A stretch of DNA of 64,000 nt from Candidatus Lloydbacteria bacterium (GTDB taxonomy: Bacteria > Patescibacteriota > Minisyncoccia > Phycocordibacterales > UBA6899), in assembly GCA_043719805.1 (NCBI GenBank), contig JAYSTI010000001.1:4161-68160 (forward strand), given 5' to 3'. Positions 10,235-20,224 of the stretch are shown here, piece after piece. Positions within the stretch are counted from its first letter, which is position 1, and the number at the start of each line of letters is the position of its first letter. The position numbers and the translations under genes are program-made. The notes under the pieces are model-generated. The model worked only from the letters and a program-made list of their open reading frames with translations, was not told the origin of the DNA and made no database searches.

Positions 10235-10933
10235 TTATGTAAGTTCAGGAATATCGCTTACTCCTCCCTGCCAGACGATTGCACCGTCTTTGCACAAGAC
10301 CGCACGATCGGCGCGTCGTGCGACATTGCGGTCATGCGTGATAAGGATGACGGTCTTGCCTTCATGATGCAGTCTCGTGAGTGTATCCATCACCACCTTC
10401 CCAGAGGCAGAATCGAGATTCCCCGTCGGTTCATCGGCAAAAACAATGTCCGGGTCCGTCACGAGCGCACGTGCAATGGCCACGCGCTGGCGTTCTCCTC
10501 CTGAGAGCTGAGAGGGCTCATGGTGCATACGCTGCGAAAGACCGACGGCTTCTATTTGTTCTATGGCCATTTTCTCCCATAATTTTGAGGGAAAATTTGA
10601 ATAGGCCAGCGGAAGTTTAACATTTTCGAGTACGGAAGTGCGGGCCAAAAGATTAAACGACTGAAATACAAAGCCGATGGAACGATTCCGGAGTGCCGCC
10701 AATTCCTCATCAGTCAGCGTAGTGGTATCCCTGCCGTCGAGAAAATAACTTCCGCTCGTCTGCGGATCAAGAAGCCCGAGTATCTGGAGCAACGTCGACT
10801 TGCCTGAACCGGACGGACCAACTATTGCAACGAACTCGCCGCGTTCAACAACAAAATCTATACCGTGGAGTGCAATAGTGGGCGTGTCTCCCTCGAAAAC
10901 CTTCTCGACGTTTTTTGTTTCAATGAGTGCCAT
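10235..10933 (-). CDS. ABC transporter ATP-binding protein (LolD/MacB-type)
   Basis: GPSGSGKST, LSGGERQR, ADEPTGNLD, ITHD. Confidence 0.95.
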   Translation of the reverse strand: MALIETKNVEKVFEGDTPTIALHGIDFVVERGEFVAIVGPSGSGKSTLLQILGLLDPQTSGSYFLDGRDTTTLTDEELAALRNRSIGFVFQSFNLLARTSVLENVKLPLAYSNFPSKLWEKMAIEQIEAVGLSQRMHHEPSQLSGGERQRVAIARALVTDPDIVFADEPTGNLDSASGKVVMDTLTRLHHEGKTVILITHDRNVARRADRAVLCKDGAIVWQGGVSDIPELT

Positions 10934-10947
10934 AGCTCGAGTTCGAC

Positions 10948-12492
10948 CTATTTTGCCTGGAACGTCACGACGGTCTGCCCCTCAGTAAGTCCAATCAAGA
11001 TCTCGATCGACCCATCGGAACCCCGAAGACCTGTAGTGATCTCCGTATCAGCGGTAAGCGTCGGTCCGCTAGGAACTTTCACATATTTTTTCTCTTCTCG
11101 AGTGAAGACCGCGCGCGCAGGAACGTAGAGTGCATTTTCACGTTTGTCCGTCAAAATATCAATGTTGGCCGTCATTCCCGAACGGATGCGGGTGTCATTC
11201 TCGTCAAAACGCAATGTCGCCCCGTAGGTGGACACACCTTCAATCACCGTCTCCGCCGGGTCAATACTCGTCACCGTAGCCCTAAAGAGCACATCGATAC
11301 CATATGCATCGAGCGTAACCTTTGCCGTGTCGCCAACAGAAAGTTTCGCAACGTCCACCTCGGGCACATTCGCGGTTATCTTGAATATCCCGTCACTCAT
11401 AAGCGCCACCAACGGGGCATTCGGTGCAACGGTCTCCCCCAGCTTTGCGTCCTGCTTCGTCACTACCCCTGAGAACGGCGCGATGATGACCGACTTACTC
11501 ATCTGCGCATCATAGTTCGCAATCGTCGCGTTCACTCCTCGTATTTTTGCTTCTTCCGCACTCACCGCCTCAGGTGTAGCTCCCGCCTTTTTAAGTGCTA
11601 ACTGGTATTTCGCAATGACGAGCGCCGCGTCTGCCGCGCGATACGCCTGTTCAGACGAAAGGAGTGCGGAGATTGCTCCGCTCGTGTTCACGCGCGCAAG
11701 CGAAACATTCGCCTTCCATCCGTCGATAGTTGTTTGGGAAAACTGCGACGAAGGCATGATCGCATTAACTGCAGACGCAAGATCATCAAGATATTTTTTT
11801 ACGTCATTAAAATATTCCTTATACATCGTGATTCCCCCTTCAAGGTCGATCTCCACAAGCGTAAACTGCTTCAAGGTCAAACTTAGCTTCGCACGCTCTT
11901 GTTCAATCTTGCTCACCAGCTGCTGGTCAGCAACAGGGAATATCGCGCGCGGATTTATCGTACGTGGGTTATCAAAGAGATAATCTGTTTTGTTGAAAAT
12001 TGCGTCATTGGTGATGGTTGACGCGGAAGAAAGTTTGTCCTGGAGCGACACGTGCGCGTCAGTAACGGCAGACTCTGCGCTCCTTACCTGTGCCTCTGTC
12101 ACCGCAATGTCTTCGCTCCTGGTTCCACTTTTAAGCAAAGCGAGGTTCGCCATCTCGAAATCGAGATTCGCCCGCGCCTGCGAACGAAGTGCCTCCACTT
12201 CTTTAGTATCAAGCCGTACGAGCGTATCACCTCGCTTCACGCGTTTCCCGACGGGAACAGGCACACTTACGACACGCCCACCCCTTTCAAATACGAGGGA
12301 AACCACACTGTCGGACTCTACTTTCCCCGTCAAAGAAACCTCCTGCTTCACCGTTCCCTTTTTCACTGTCGTTGTCTCGTAATTTGGAGCAGCGGGTGGT
12401 CTGGTGAAATAATACCCGACACCACCAACCAAGGCGACGAGTATGGTAATTAAAAACTTATGCGACTTTGCGTATTGAAGAATGGAGGTCAT
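10948..12492 (-). CDS. efflux membrane-fusion (HlyD/MacA-like) adaptor
   Basis: N-terminal TM, lipoyl-like VKRGDTLVRLD, long coiled coil, APFSGVV, GMTANIDI. Confidence 0.9.
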   Translation of the reverse strand: MTSILQYAKSHKFLITILVALVGGVGYYFTRPPAAPNYETTTVKKGTVKQEVSLTGKVESDSVVSLVFERGGRVVSVPVPVGKRVKRGDTLVRLDTKEVEALRSQARANLDFEMANLALLKSGTRSEDIAVTEAQVRSAESAVTDAHVSLQDKLSSASTITNDAIFNKTDYLFDNPRTINPRAIFPVADQQLVSKIEQERAKLSLTLKQFTLVEIDLEGGITMYKEYFNDVKKYLDDLASAVNAIMPSSQFSQTTIDGWKANVSLARVNTSGAISALLSSEQAYRAADAALVIAKYQLALKKAGATPEAVSAEEAKIRGVNATIANYDAQMSKSVIIAPFSGVVTKQDAKLGETVAPNAPLVALMSDGIFKITANVPEVDVAKLSVGDTAKVTLDAYGIDVLFRATVTSIDPAETVIEGVSTYGATLRFDENDTRIRSGMTANIDILTDKRENALYVPARAVFTREEKKYVKVPSGPTLTADTEITTGLRGSDGSIEILIGLTEGQTVVTFQAK

Positions 12493-12568
12493 TGCCTATA
12501 TTATCCCACGTTTCGAGACAACAAAAAAGCGGCGCTGTGAATAGCCCGCGCACTTCTTATTCATACCG

Positions 12569-13336
12569 CTATTTGCCTACCGCCAAAAACCTTGCGACGT
12601 TTTTCCAAACATCCGTCTGCATCACGATATTTGTAGAAAAATGTCCACCGGTGCGGAGCACGCGCATACTTTTTTGGGAGAGTTTTGCCTTCTTTGCAAA
12701 CGCACGGAGCGAGGCCACGGATATCACCTTGTCGTTCGTAGCATGCACGATGAGCAACTTCTTTGAATCAAATTCCTTGGCGCGCAGAATAGGATTGTAA
12801 AACTTCCCCGCTTTCAATTTTGCATAATTTTTTTCCGGCGCCCGATACGCACCTGCGAAACCTTCTTTTACTTGCCGAAAAAACTCCTGAAGCGACGCTC
12901 CCCCTTTCTCGTATCGAAAGTCAGTCACCGGGGCCAACGCTACGGCCCGGGTGACGCGCGCATCGAGCGATGAGAGCAACGCCGCCGCGCCTCCAAACGA
13001 AGCGCCAATGACTGTGATGTCGGAGATATCAAGAAAATATGTCACCCCACTCCACATTTCGGTAAATCCTTTATTTAATCCGTCTGCAACAAGGAGCACG
13101 TCTTCGTCCGGAGAATACTTGAGAAACTCACCATCCGACTCCCACGTTCCGCGATAGCGTAAATGAAAAACCCAAAACCCTTTTCGCGCAAGAAATTCTC
13201 CCAACGCCCTCTTTGACGGAACAGACGGACACCCATCACACAGGATTATGGCACGCCCCGACGCCTTCTTCGGCATCCAAAATTCCACAACAATATCCCC
13301 AAACCGCGTCCGCCCGCCTTGTATTACGTGTTTCAT
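12569..13336 (-). CDS. alpha/beta hydrolase
   Basis: GASFGG nucleophile elbow, VHATND, GGH; start uncertain (13378 possible). Confidence 0.85.
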   Translation of the reverse strand: MKHVIQGGRTRFGDIVVEFWMPKKASGRAIILCDGCPSVPSKRALGEFLARKGFWVFHLRYRGTWESDGEFLKYSPDEDVLLVADGLNKGFTEMWSGVTYFLDISDITVIGASFGGAAALLSSLDARVTRAVALAPVTDFRYEKGGASLQEFFRQVKEGFAGAYRAPEKNYAKLKAGKFYNPILRAKEFDSKKLLIVHATNDKVISVASLRAFAKKAKLSQKSMRVLRTGGHFSTNIVMQTDVWKNVARFLAVGK

Positions 13337-13395
13337 TTTTCGTGTATCTATTTTATTGTTCGCTCGTCCGTGCGACAAACACGGAGACAGTCGTG

Positions 13396-13947
13396 CTACT
13401 TGTCTTTGGGCGAGCGCATTCCTGCATACATAACCATACCAATGAGCGCGAACGCGTTCAACGAAAACATTGCAATCGTAATATAGCTGTATTCGAGAAC
13501 AAATATCTTATCGCAACTGGGGAGCGAGGAAACTGCGGGGCATGGGATGCTGACGTGAGTATACGTCAAGAGCATATCCTTCACCCACTGATACAGCCCA
13601 ACCGAACCGCCGACGATAGAAAGGAAGAGTACATAAGGAATAATGCTTTTGTCTTTTCGCACGAGTGCAAGTCCCAACAAAAACATCAGCGGGTACATGA
13701 AGATGCGCTGCGTCCAGCAGAGAATACATGCGGGAAAACCCACAACCTCGGAATAGAGCAGGCTGCCGACCGTTGATGCGGCAGACAGGAAGAACCCGAG
13801 CTCGATGGCGTATTTGGCCATGAAGTGCAAAATAATCTTTTGTATCGGCCTCGCCAAGAAAAATGCGAGGAAAAACGCAAGAATAAACGCATTTCCAAAG
13901 AGCGTACTGAGCGCAATGGCCTTTGTGAATAGAGTGCCGAAATCCAT
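13396..13947 (-). CDS. disulfide bond formation protein, DsbB/BdbC family
   Basis: GSLLYSE...ACILCWTQRIFMYP plus a second Cys pair. Confidence 0.9.
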   Translation of the reverse strand: MDFGTLFTKAIALSTLFGNAFILAFFLAFFLARPIQKIILHFMAKYAIELGFFLSAASTVGSLLYSEVVGFPACILCWTQRIFMYPLMFLLGLALVRKDKSIIPYVLFLSIVGGSVGLYQWVKDMLLTYTHVSIPCPAVSSLPSCDKIFVLEYSYITIAMFSLNAFALIGMVMYAGMRSPKDK

Positions 13948-13959
13948 AAATGTTTGAGA

Positions 13960-14487
13960 TTATCTGACCACTGTATCGGGAACACCCGTGACCGCACTAC
14001 CCGAAACTACCGGAACAACAGAAACGGGTGGGGGCAGTGCCTCGCTATCTCCGAGTGTGGTATTCGGGCATCCGCTTTTTTCCGCAAGTACCGAAAAAGA
14101 CTGCTCACCGGTCGCCATCGTTCCATCAGCAAATATCCACGTTGGATAGCCTTGTATTTTCTTCTCTTTGCAGATCTGCATTTGGCTGTTGCCGTCAGCA
14201 CTTGAACATTCAACGTAAGGGAGTGCAGTGACCGCAGAGCCAAACAGCGCCCTTTGCGTCCTGCAGTGCGAACACCAAAATGCACCGTAAAACGTTGCGC
14301 CCTTCGCGCTTAAGCACTGCGCCAATTCAAGCGCACCCTTCGGAGCGTTGTCCGGCACGACTTCTTCCGTTGAAGTGGGGCTCTTTACCTTGGCGACTCC
14401 ACTTGAGCTACCGCCCATGACAAACAGGATGCCCCCGGCAGCCAAAAGCAAAATAACTACTCCACCGATGATACTCTTGTCGTTCAT
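13960..14487 (-). CDS. membrane-anchored thioredoxin-fold protein
   Basis: FYGAFWCSHC, YVEC, GYPTW. Confidence 0.85.
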   Translation of the reverse strand: MNDKSIIGGVVILLLAAGGILFVMGGSSSGVAKVKSPTSTEEVVPDNAPKGALELAQCLSAKGATFYGAFWCSHCRTQRALFGSAVTALPYVECSSADGNSQMQICKEKKIQGYPTWIFADGTMATGEQSFSVLAEKSGCPNTTLGDSEALPPPVSVVPVVSGSAVTGVPDTVVR

Positions 14488-14501
14488 AAAAATATAATTA
14501 T

Positions 14502-15548
14502 TTAATCTAGTTTCGCAGTAAACCGCACTGTTCCCTTCTTCTCATTCGCAAGAAATGCGAAAAATTGTTTTTCATTCAGGAATGAACGGTCATAATAATA
14601 TATGAGGAACGGGCTCGCAAGTTTCGATGGATAGATGAGCCACGCCTCCTTATTTGTCTCATGCGCCTCACGAAGCTCATTGACCACCCCCGGGCTTGCC
14701 GCGGGCTTCGGAAAGAAGACGATGATGCGCTTTGACTGATGCAACAAAATATCAAGATCTATTTTCACCAACTGATATGAGTTCGTGTACTCGGTGTGGT
14801 TTTTCCTTGAAAGCGCCTGACTCACCTCCGGCAATTTGCCCTTGGTAATCATCGGCACAAACACCACGAAATATTCCTCAAGTTTTTTGATGAAATTATC
14901 TATTTTTCTGCGATTTGGGCCGTCCATCACGTGCGTCATCGGCATCGAAATATAGGTCGTCTCCATTTCGGGAATGAATACAAGTTTGTAGAGCGTGCAC
15001 ATACGCTGCAAATCATAGAATGCAAAGTACGGGCACTTGAGCAGTTCCGCCCACGTCGCAAGTACTTCTGTCTCGACATTTTGCCAGAGCGAGATTTCGT
15101 GCTCACTCAGGCGCTCCCTCTTCCACTGCTCGCGGTCCTTGAGTGTCTCCATGATGTCGACGGGGTCGCGCATGATGGTGATGAACATCTCGGGCTTGAA
15201 GCGGCTGATGTAATGATGGTCGAATGAATGATGAAACGTCTTCTTCCAGTAAAAGAATCCGTGTATAGAGACGATGATGACATCATAATTTTTATGATCA
15301 TCTTTGAAGCTACGCAAGATACTCTCGTACACTCCGCCGCGAAGAGCCTGCATGGTGTGCTTGTTGGTATTTAAAATATTCTTTGACGAGATATTCAGTC
15401 CGTCGCGTTTCGCACGTTCGAGCATGAGCTGTCCCACGTGGTACACCTTCACCTTCTTCCCGAGTTTCCGCGAATATGCCTCGAACCGATCGAGATATTC
15501 CTTCCGCCCTGACCCCGAAATTCCTGTACAAATAATTACTTTTGCCAT
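14502..15548 (-). CDS. archaeal-type adenylate-kinase-like P-loop protein with a C-terminal N-deoxyribosyltransferase-like domain
   Basis: TGISGSG P-loop; C-terminal YISMPMT...SPGVVNE pattern. Confidence 0.6.
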   Translation of the reverse strand: MAKVIICTGISGSGRKEYLDRFEAYSRKLGKKVKVYHVGQLMLERAKRDGLNISSKNILNTNKHTMQALRGGVYESILRSFKDDHKNYDVIIVSIHGFFYWKKTFHHSFDHHYISRFKPEMFITIMRDPVDIMETLKDREQWKRERLSEHEISLWQNVETEVLATWAELLKCPYFAFYDLQRMCTLYKLVFIPEMETTYISMPMTHVMDGPNRRKIDNFIKKLEEYFVVFVPMITKGKLPEVSQALSRKNHTEYTNSYQLVKIDLDILLHQSKRIIVFFPKPAASPGVVNELREAHETNKEAWLIYPSKLASPFLIYYYDRSFLNEKQFFAFLANEKKGTVRFTAKLD

Positions 15549-15671
15549 GTGTTCATCGTATACCAAAGGATGGCCTCGGTCAAAAACCAGACCTCTGTCC
15601 GCAAGTATGGTACTTATTTGGCAACGGCGCACCCATGCCAAAAAAACATGGGCATGTTATACTTTTCTCAT

Positions 15672-16055
15672 ATGACTGAACACAAGATACTCGTCGTTGA
15701 AGATAGTGAACCACTCCGAAAAGTGCTTGCAGAGATGCTCCGCGACGAAAAATTCGACGTCCTTGAGGCCAACGGCGGCGAGGAAGGAATGAGAATCGCA
15801 CTCGAACAGAAGCCAGATATTATTATCACCGATATCGTCATGTTCCCCGTTGATGGACTTGAGATGGCGAAGCGCATCCGTCAATCCGGCGCATGGGGAG
15901 AGGGAGTGAGCATCATCGCACTGACCAATCAGAACAGCGCCGAAGAGGAAGCGCGACTCGGCGAGCTCAATCTCACCGCATACCTCGTGAAGGCAGACAC
16001 CGGACTTGCTGAGGTTGTGAAACGCGTCAAAGAAGTCCTCAAGAAGAAAAAATAA
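15672..16055 (+). CDS. single-domain response regulator (CheY-like receiver)
   Basis: ILVVED, IITDIVM, ALT, YLVK. Confidence 0.9.
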   Translation: MTEHKILVVEDSEPLRKVLAEMLRDEKFDVLEANGGEEGMRIALEQKPDIIITDIVMFPVDGLEMAKRIRQSGAWGEGVSIIALTNQNSAEEEARLGELNLTAYLVKADTGLAEVVKRVKEVLKKKK

Positions 16056-16058
16056 CAT

Positions 16059-16448
16059 ATGGAAGTAGAAAAAAAATCTATTCTTGTTGTTGAGGATGAC
16101 ACTGCTCTTCGGAAAGTGCTCGCGGACAGACTCACCGAGGAGGGATTTATCGCACTTGAAGCCGTCGATGGCGAACAAGGACTCAATGTGGCCGGGGAAA
16201 AACATCCCTCGGTTATTCTCTTGGATATCTTTATGCCGCACATGGACGGAATCACCATGCTCTCAAAACTCCGCAGCCAAGATGCGTGGGGCAAGCACGT
16301 GCCGGTCATTGTGCTCACCAATTCAACCGATGCACAGACGATAGCCAAGGTATCCAGTTTTGGCGATACGGATTTTCTCATCAAAGCTGAGTGGAGTCTT
16401 GAGGCCTTGGTCGCCCGCATCCGCGAAAAACTGATTCCTGCAAAATAG
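16059..16448 (+). CDS. single-domain response regulator (CheY-like receiver)
   Basis: ILVVEDD, LLDIFMPHMDG, VLTN, FLIK. Confidence 0.92.
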   Translation: MEVEKKSILVVEDDTALRKVLADRLTEEGFIALEAVDGEQGLNVAGEKHPSVILLDIFMPHMDGITMLSKLRSQDAWGKHVPVIVLTNSTDAQTIAKVSSFGDTDFLIKAEWSLEALVARIREKLIPAK

Positions 16449-16555
16449 CTCCATCTGCGTTGTTGCGGGGCCCCAGCTGCTTAGTCGACATATATGAATA
16501 TGCCTTCTGCTCTGCTTCCCCCGCGCCTAGCATCTGAAGCTATTTTGCAGGAATC
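16433..16555 (-). repeat. structured repeat family A copy
   Basis: Arms GATTCCTGCAAAATAGCT / AGCTATTTTGCAGGAATC; core GATGCTAGGCG..CATATTCATATATGTCGAC..CAACAACGCA shared with 55874-55999. Confidence 0.75.
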
Positions 16556-16574
16556 GATACCTGCAAAATAATTT

Positions 16575-16668
16575 TGGTAAATGAATAGCCGCACCTCGTG
16601 AGAGAGTGCGGCGTATATTTTTGGCCCAAGAGAAACGGAAACAAATGAGAAACGGGAACGAAGGGCTG
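16575..16668 (-). ncRNA. candidate small RNA
   Basis: TTGCAA-17-TATAAT promoter (16702-16674), no ORF, GCCC/GGGC stem around two CU-rich repeats, terminal hairpin GCCGCAC/GTGCGGC. Confidence 0.45.
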
Positions 16669-16831
16669 TCACTATTATACTGACCGCGAAGATACCTTGC
16701 AAGGGGCCTGTGGACAACCGCCTCGAAATTACCCGTTAATGGAGGCCTATTCTGCTTTGTGGGAAAGTTATCCACACTGAATCCTCAATTAAACAACGGG
16801 ATACCGATAACCAGAACATGCCGCTGATACA

Positions 16832-17260
16832 ATGAAGCATATGATCCAAATCGCGGGCGGAGTCGTTTGGAACAGGAATAAAGGCGTTGTCGTGGTAAAC
16901 CAGAACCACAACTCTTGGTCATTGCCAAAAGGTCACGTCGAGAAAGGCGAAGAAACACTTGCCGCTGCAGTACGTGAAATTTGGGAGGAATCAGGAATAC
17001 CCGAGTCCTCTCTTGCTCTCGTCTGTGAGGTGGCGCACTACACGCGCCAGCGCATGAAGATACGCGAATGGGATACGGACGAGACGCGTGATATCACGCT
17101 CTATCTTTTTGCAACCGACTGGGACGACCTCAAACCGGAAGACCCGATGAATCCGGAAGCACTATGGATTCCCCCCAATGCTGTCCCCGACCTCCTCAGT
17201 AATGCGATTGATAAAAAAGAATTTGGGCGTATTATAGCAATGGGTGTTTTTAATCGGTAA
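16832..17260 (+). CDS. NUDIX hydrolase
   Basis: LPKGHVEKGEETLAAAVREIWEESG Nudix box. Confidence 0.92.
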   Translation: MKHMIQIAGGVVWNRNKGVVVVNQNHNSWSLPKGHVEKGEETLAAAVREIWEESGIPESSLALVCEVAHYTRQRMKIREWDTDETRDITLYLFATDWDDLKPEDPMNPEALWIPPNAVPDLLSNAIDKKEFGRIIAMGVFNR

Positions 17261-17270
17261 TCGAAATGCT

Positions 17271-17666
17271 ATGAACGCAGTAACGAGAAGCGGTGGCGAG
17301 GAGCACTTTATGGAGGTCCAGAGGGAGATCATGGGAGACCAAATAGAAAAGGAAGGGGTCACGGCGGAAAATGTCTACGCGTTCATTCTCAGCAACGCAC
17401 CGCTTTTTCGATTCTTCGCGACTCATTTTCCCGACAATGACGAACTTGGAAGGTTGTGGGACGCCGCGAATGTCGACAAGATCTCACGGGAGAAACTCGG
17501 GGCACAATACGCGATACTACGCAATAAGATAAAAGAGATTTTCGAGCAGCAATTCGATGCGGATACGCAAACCGCACTTACAGATGCCGTAGAAAACGGA
17601 GATATCGCGACTGCGGAACGTATACTAGAGACACACCTTGCACTCGCTGGAAGAAAAGAAGAATAA
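17271..17666 (+). CDS. hypothetical protein
   Basis: Acidic helical ORF directly after the NUDIX gene. Confidence 0.6.
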   Translation: MNAVTRSGGEEHFMEVQREIMGDQIEKEGVTAENVYAFILSNAPLFRFFATHFPDNDELGRLWDAANVDKISREKLGAQYAILRNKIKEIFEQQFDADTQTALTDAVENGDIATAERILETHLALAGRKEE

Positions 17667-17730
17667 TCAGTCAAATAAACCACCCCTGGGTGGTTGTTTT
17701 ATTTAATTTCACCAACATCGTGTGCTGCAG

Positions 17731-19098
17731 CTAAACGCCCGAACTCATGAACCAATTCGGCAGCGCGACCACGAATACAAGAATGAGAAGAACTCCGACC
17801 GCAAAATAAAAGTTGCGACGCAGATAAAGATTTTGCTCCTCGTACTCTTGTACTATCGGGTCACGGAATGCACCATCCGCACCATAGCGCGTTGCCTCCT
17901 CGAGAATAACGCGCTCCTTTACGAGCCCTTCCGACAGATGCTCAAGCTCCCTCACGCGTTTCATTTGCTCACCGAACGGAAGGTGGCGCACCATCTCAAG
18001 GCCCTGCCTCTCCTCTGCGATCAAGAGTGAGCGCCGCGCGATTTCATTTATCTGCAGTGCGGGAGATCCGAAGACGCGGGATCTTTCGCGTCGGTAATGC
18101 CAAAGGAGAGGCAATATCCAGAGGAAGACGAGGAACCAGTTTCCCCACGAAGCGGGCTGCCCGAACAATCCTACCGCGACCGGCACATCGCTCTGCGCAT
18201 AGTGGGCCGGTTTTTCGACCTGAATATTGGACTGAAGTCCGACAAGCTCCCCGCTGACGATCTTCTCGAGTGCAAACGGTTGTCCAGAATTAGCGTACCA
18301 ATTATTTGAAAAGAGTCCGAGTGTAAGAATGAATCCCGCGACAAATACCATGACCCATCCTCCCGCATGCACAATGTGTTCCTTGCGCTTCACGAGCCAA
18401 CTCATCCCATTTGTTCCGGACATTGCCACAATGGAAAGTAAGACGAGCGGAATGACGCGACCGATAGCGTGCACGAGAAAAAGCGACCATCCGTAAAACA
18501 CGTTTGCAGACGATGCGCTCTCAATGATGAGGAGCGGCATTGCGGGATGCGGACTGCCGATGCCGAGGTTTCCGAGCAATAACCCGAGCAGGAATGCCTT
18601 CACGAGTTCGCTTCGCTTCTGGTTGAATTTTGGCGATGCGCCGACATACGATGTCATCCGGAATTTGATCAGGCCTACCTCTGAAAGAGCAAAGACGTAC
18701 GCAAAAATTCCCGCAATGAAGTAGACTCCGTTCCTGATGTCTGCAACGTGAATATTCGCCGCACTAAATATTGTTTTTCCCGCGAGTGCTACAAGTATTC
18801 CATAGAGAGAAAGCATTGCCGCAACCCCAAGACCAAATGAGAGTGCGAGCAAAAGTCCCCGCATCGGCCGCCGGCCCGAAGAAAGAGGAACGGCAACAAA
18901 CACCATGGGGAGTATCGATGGGAGCGCTATCATCATCAGACCCGACAAGAATGCGAAAGCGTACCAACCGATTTTTCCGAGCGCGAGCGTGTGGGGAACG
19001 ACAAGAGACTGAAATACTCCTACGGCGATGACGAAGCCGGCCCCGACGATCGAGAGCGCGATGATATTTTTTAAACTTTTTGTTGATCGCTGTGCCAT
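17731..19098 (-). CDS. CcdA/DsbD transmembrane-domain-like protein lacking cysteines
   Basis: FLSGLMMIALPSILP and FLLGLLLGNLGIGSPHP match the two CcdA Cys motifs with Ser; adjacent to a thioredoxin. Confidence 0.7.
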   Translation of the reverse strand: MAQRSTKSLKNIIALSIVGAGFVIAVGVFQSLVVPHTLALGKIGWYAFAFLSGLMMIALPSILPMVFVAVPLSSGRRPMRGLLLALSFGLGVAAMLSLYGILVALAGKTIFSAANIHVADIRNGVYFIAGIFAYVFALSEVGLIKFRMTSYVGASPKFNQKRSELVKAFLLGLLLGNLGIGSPHPAMPLLIIESASSANVFYGWSLFLVHAIGRVIPLVLLSIVAMSGTNGMSWLVKRKEHIVHAGGWVMVFVAGFILTLGLFSNNWYANSGQPFALEKIVSGELVGLQSNIQVEKPAHYAQSDVPVAVGLFGQPASWGNWFLVFLWILPLLWHYRRERSRVFGSPALQINEIARRSLLIAEERQGLEMVRHLPFGEQMKRVRELEHLSEGLVKERVILEEATRYGADGAFRDPIVQEYEEQNLYLRRNFYFAVGVLLILVFVVALPNWFMSSGV

Positions 19099-19113
19099 GT
19101 CGTTTTCAGTGTC

Positions 19114-19398
19114 TTATAATTGCTCTCCGCCGCCGGAAAGTCTCTTCAATGTCTCGATAAACAACTCGGTATCGACCACCCCAGTCGCGAATACCTCGCC
19201 GCTAACGATCACCCCTGGTAACGCAAAAACTCTGTGCTTCCCCGCCAATTCTTGACCTTCTATTGTTGTAAGCGAGAACTCTTGCATGCTCACGTTTGAC
19301 CATTCGTGCGAGGTGACCTTCCAGAATTCTAAGAATGCATGGCAGGACACGCAGCCGGGTGAGGTGAGCACTTCAAGCACAATAGGGTCGGGATTCAT
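19114..19398 (-). CDS. thioredoxin/glutaredoxin-like protein
   Basis: TSPGCVSC motif, ALPGVIV. Confidence 0.8.
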   Translation of the reverse strand: MNPDPIVLEVLTSPGCVSCHAFLEFWKVTSHEWSNVSMQEFSLTTIEGQELAGKHRVFALPGVIVSGEVFATGVVDTELFIETLKRLSGGGEQL

Positions 19399-19560
19399 TC
19401 CCACCATTATATAGACAGGACTCCATTCGAACGAATGGTTATCCCCATCAACGGTATGTAGGAACGAAAAAGGCGCTTTTGTTTGCAAACGGCAAAGAGA
19501 CACGTATAGTGAATTATAGATGTAATTTTACTTTCAGATCTCCAAGAAAGGAGCGTTATC

Positions 19561-20160
19561 ATGACATGCATTGCTGCCGTTACTGACGGAAAAACGGTTT
19601 GGATTGGCGGGGATGCTGCCGGCGTCGGACAAGAAACCCTCAGTGTTTCTATTCGTTCCGATAAGAAAGTTTTTCTTCGGGAAAGCCAGGGCACAGTTTG
19701 GGGGTTCGGATTTACCGGAAGCTATCGGATGGGGCAACTCATCCGATATGAACTTGTACTTCCTCGCGTGACGAGGCTCGACGTCAAAGACCTCGAACGT
19801 TTCATGGTGAAGAAATTCATTCCCGCACTGAGAAAGATTCTCACCTTAGGGGGCGCTTCATCCAACGAAAGTGGAGTGGAAACCGGCGGAGAATTCATCG
19901 TTGGAATCCTGGGAAAAATCTTCGTCGTCGAAAGTGACTTTCAGGTTGCAAGCCCAGAAGAGCCCATTTACGCAGTTGGCTCAGGTGCGGCGTTCGCACT
20001 CGGGGCGCTTCACGTACTCGAACGATTTCGTGCCGGTGGCGGTACTATTGAACGAGACAAGCAAGTTCTTGAGGCGCTTGAAACCTCAGAGTGCTACAGC
20101 GCAGGTGTGCGGAAACCTTTCACCATCGTAAAGGCCGGTGCACCAACATCAGCGACCTAA
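19561..20160 (+). CDS. HslV/proteasome beta-like Ntn hydrolase (phage-type)
   Basis: N-terminal MTCIAAV...IGGD, KVF, GFTG, YAVGSGAAFALGAL; SD AAGGAG. Confidence 0.8.
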   Translation: MTCIAAVTDGKTVWIGGDAAGVGQETLSVSIRSDKKVFLRESQGTVWGFGFTGSYRMGQLIRYELVLPRVTRLDVKDLERFMVKKFIPALRKILTLGGASSNESGVETGGEFIVGILGKIFVVESDFQVASPEEPIYAVGSGAAFALGALHVLERFRAGGGTIERDKQVLEALETSECYSAGVRKPFTIVKAGAPTSAT

Positions 20161-20190
20161 CCCCCCAGACGGGGGTTTTCTTTTGCTTGC

Positions 20191-20219
20191 TTGACAAATT
20201 ATTCGTTGTGGTGTATACT
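20191..20219 (+). promoter_or_regulatory. near-consensus sigma70 promoter
   Basis: TTGACA-17-TATACT. Confidence 0.8.
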
Positions 20220-20224
20220 TACAC

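Noticed and set aside
16705-16780. DnaA-box-like sequences (TTATCCACA, TGTGGACAA), also near 56100-56215
   Set aside because: Too few boxes, and no dnaA/dnaN or clear unwinding element, so no oriC call.
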